This document shows, piece by piece, positions 61,030 to 64,000 of a stretch of DNA of 64,000 nucleotides. The notes beneath the pieces were generated by a model. That model was not told the DNA's origin. It saw only the letters and a list, made by a program, of their open reading frames with translations, and made no database searches. A program made the translations under genes and the position numbers. The stretch is from the NCBI GenBank assembly GCA_028534125.1, contig CM052817.1, positions 42,348,001 to 42,412,000 on the forward strand, read 5' to 3'. Source of the stretch: Lama glama (lineage: Eukaryota). Numbering within the stretch: position 1 is the first letter of the stretch; each line of letters starts with the position of its first letter.

Positions 61030-61800
61030 ATTCAGGAAGACATACCATGTTTCTGGTTGAAAAGAGTTAATATTTCAAGGATGCAAAACTATCCCAATCT
61101 ATATACACATTTAATAAAATTGCAATCAGAATTCCAAAGTATCTTGTTTTACCTGATCAAAATAATTGAAAAATACATATGAAACAATAAGAGTGTAAGA
61201 ATTGCCAAGAAATTTTGAAAAAGAAGAATATTAGGGAAGAACTTCCCTTATCAGTTAAAAAAAAAAAAGGTTTTAACGCTGCAAACAGAACAATAAGACA
61301 GTGAAATAAGAGTAAGTGTATAAATGAATGGTTCTGGCCATAGTTAAACTCCTAACTAAAATCACACTCAAGAATAACTTTCTTAAGGACTACCTTTACC
61401 TGTCTCTACCTGACTCATCTCTCTCTCTATTCTGCCACAACCAGATCTCTCTCTCCTCACCTGTCTATCCTTGTCTGTCTTTTCTGTCTATCTTTTCATC
61501 TATCCAATCTATTTATACCTATGCATTGATATGGAACAGGAAGACCATCTCATCCAAGATAACACAGATATATTGGAAAGACTGAGAGGTTTGATTACAG
61601 AGAATATTTTCAATGTATTTTGAGAAACTATAACAGCAACAGAATCGAAAGATAAATACTACAATCAAAATGTTTCCAATACATGTGACAATGGGTTATT
61701 CCTAGTAGACAAAGAACTTTTACTAATGAATAAGAAATAAATTGAACAGCTCCATGGTAAAATGTATAAAGGCAATAATTAAGCATATCAAAATCTATAT
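61030..61800 (+). mobile_element. Old L1M ORF2 remnant
   Basis: gacataccatgtttctggttgaaaagag...aaaatacatatgaaacaataagag...gccaagaaattttgaaaaagaagaat. Confidence 0.7.
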
Positions 61801-63369
61801 GGAATGTTACTTACACCATAATGTCTGTAATTCATTAAGACACTATTAGAACCACTGTCAAAAAATTAAGCAGTCAAAATTCTACCACCTCTATTCCTCA
61901 CAATTTTCTTTAGTTTCTCCTCTTAACCTATGATCAGAAAATTTAGTTCTCTATAAAATTTGCTCTTCCTTAAAATTCTTTTTTTCTCTAAAATTTCTAG
62001 ACTTTCCAATTAAAATTCTCAGCTGACAGAGCTACTGATACCAGCTAGATGTTAGTTTTTAAAAATACACACTAAGGTGAAAGAAGGCTTTTGCTTTCTA
62101 AGGTATCCACATTTGCACAAGTAAAAGACACAAATATTTGATCTTGTTTTATAGATGGAGGATGTAGAAGGCTTTTATTGATTGGTTTTTCAAGATTCTA
62201 AAAAGGGCTACATTTAATATTAGAATTAAAATTCAAGGATAACGATCTTCTAAAGAGGTTAAGCTTCACCTTCAGAGACATAAATACGCAACATAAAACC
62301 CTCAAGCTTGTCTTTTAAAAACATACAAAAATTATCAGAGAAGACCCAAACCCAGAGAGATCTGTGCTATACGTTGGACTGACTTTATAGTGTGACCCAG
62401 AGGGAAGACTCCACATTGCAGATGATGAGAAAGTCAGAACAGTAAATAAGAAAGAACTATGCAGTCAGAAGCAGGGCGAAATGATGGCAAATGCCAGAAA
62501 TCAATACAGATAAATGAAGAATACGGAATCTTGAGAAGAAAGAGAGGCAATGGTCAAAAAAGGAAAATAAATAAAACAAAATAAAACCATAACAATAAAA
62601 GCATCGCAGCAGTAACAGATTTGGGAGTTTTGGAAAAATTCTCCAAAATACAATCATATAAATCGCAATACATCATATCAATGGTGACCCAGTTCCCCTT
62701 GAAGTACAATATGAATTACAGAGAAGAGGGAAGGGTCTCACACGCTCTCTAAGCAAGTAACTAAATCTCTGGGGTACCTAGCTGATGCTGTTAGCCGGGT
62801 CTAGAGACAGAAAAGCCTGAGCGGTGAACAAGGCATCATAGGCAATTTCAGTGGCACCAAAAATTAAAATTTAGCTTTCTTCCACCATTGTGGTCAAAAT
62901 ATTTTTATGAATTCCCCATAGGCAGTAACCCAAATATCATTTTAAGAGTTTAACTATGTCAATGATCTTGTTGTTAAAAAGAATGAACACTTTTGCATGA
63001 CACAAATCTTCTAACCCGATACATTCCTCTCAAAATATTGAATTGAAAGATATACAAAGTTTTTCTACTTAAGAAACACACCATTCTGAAAATAATTCCT
63101 GTTGATAAATGCTGATTTCTTCCCTTCCTAACTCCCTTTTATCTCCTTCCCTTTTTTTTTCTATTTTCTTTCCAATAACGGTCGATAGAAAAAAAATTCT
63201 TTTCCCTAATTTTCTACTGCTGCTATCTTTTGCTATCTTTAGGAAGATTCTAAAACATATTTACATTAGTTTTTCTTCACTACAGTATTACATTCTTTGC
63301 TATCTTTGACGTAGTGGACATACAGTTAACATTCTTGGTGACTAAAAAATAAATTTTATAAGATCAACA

Positions 63370-63600
63370 AATGGTGATGATCTTATAAAATTATTGTGTG
63401 CTCACGGTGTGTCAGGCATTAAGTGCATTATTTTTTATCTTTATCACAGTCTATGAGCTAAATCTTATAATTACCCCATTTGCAAAGGAGGAAACTGAGG
63501 CTCAGAGAGATTAAAATCACAGGGCTGGTCACAGGTAGAGATGAGGTTCCTATAGGCAGAGATGTCTGAAGAATTACTTATACCTCATCATACCATTGCA
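63370..63600 (-). mobile_element. MIR
   Basis: ccccatttgcaaaggaggaaactgaggctcagagagattaa. Confidence 0.85.
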
Positions 63601-64000
63601 GTGTAGGTCCTGGAAACAGCACTTTTAACTCTTGTGGGGACACCATATTCATTAATAGTTTCAAACAATTCAAGGCATTTAGAAATAACATTAGGTCGTG
63701 CAGTCCCAGGATAACTGAGGAGCTGAGCCGAGTCCCGGGAGAGAAAAGGTTTCATCTCTCTGCCTCATGCTTCTCATTTCCTTATACTTGTTTGTTAAAT
63801 GAAAGGAGAATTTATGAAATGTTTAGTGAACTATTTGGCTTTATAAAGAATACATGCAGCGGCTGGCTTTGTAGATTTTCCAGACAAAAATTCTTTTAGC
63901 ATTATTTACTTTTGTCTATTTCCATGGATAAAAGTGACCAAATTAAAACTCAGCCCTCATTTTCATCTCCTGGTTGCAACTCGGGCTAAGATACCTTCAG

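Noticed and set aside
1..64000. A novel multi-gene system, CRISPR array, or tRNA/rRNA/miRNA gene
   Set aside because: No spaced repeat array, credible coding genes or recognisable RNA gene seen; the ORF track is explained by repeats and chance, apart from the EZH2 retrocopy.

Overview
Mammalian, AT-rich, repeat-dense intronic or intergenic DNA. It is most likely camelid: the young L1 3' ends are of camelid/cetartiodactyl type, and I saw no Alu, BovB/Bov-A, PRE1 or SINEC elements. I could not support any intact protein-coding gene, RNA gene or prokaryote-type system. The one firmly identifiable gene-derived sequence is a 5'-truncated processed pseudogene of EZH2 (about 28103-28724, + strand). 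It holds the spliced SET-domain C-terminus, the 3'UTR, the polyA signal and a decayed tail, and is nested in an ancient ERVL provirus remnant. Roughly half of the window is recognisable transposon debris: MIR, L2, old and young L1, MLT1/MLT2/MER21/LTR16-type LTRs, three clustered ERV1-type solo LTRs and hAT MITEs. The best leads are the EZH2 retrocopy, an unusually CpG-rich ancient LTR at about 47.3 kb, a compact STAT/AP-1/D-box motif cluster and a few candidate micro-exons. Repeat families and comparisons to EZH2 are from remembered sequences, not database searches, and boundaries are approximate.
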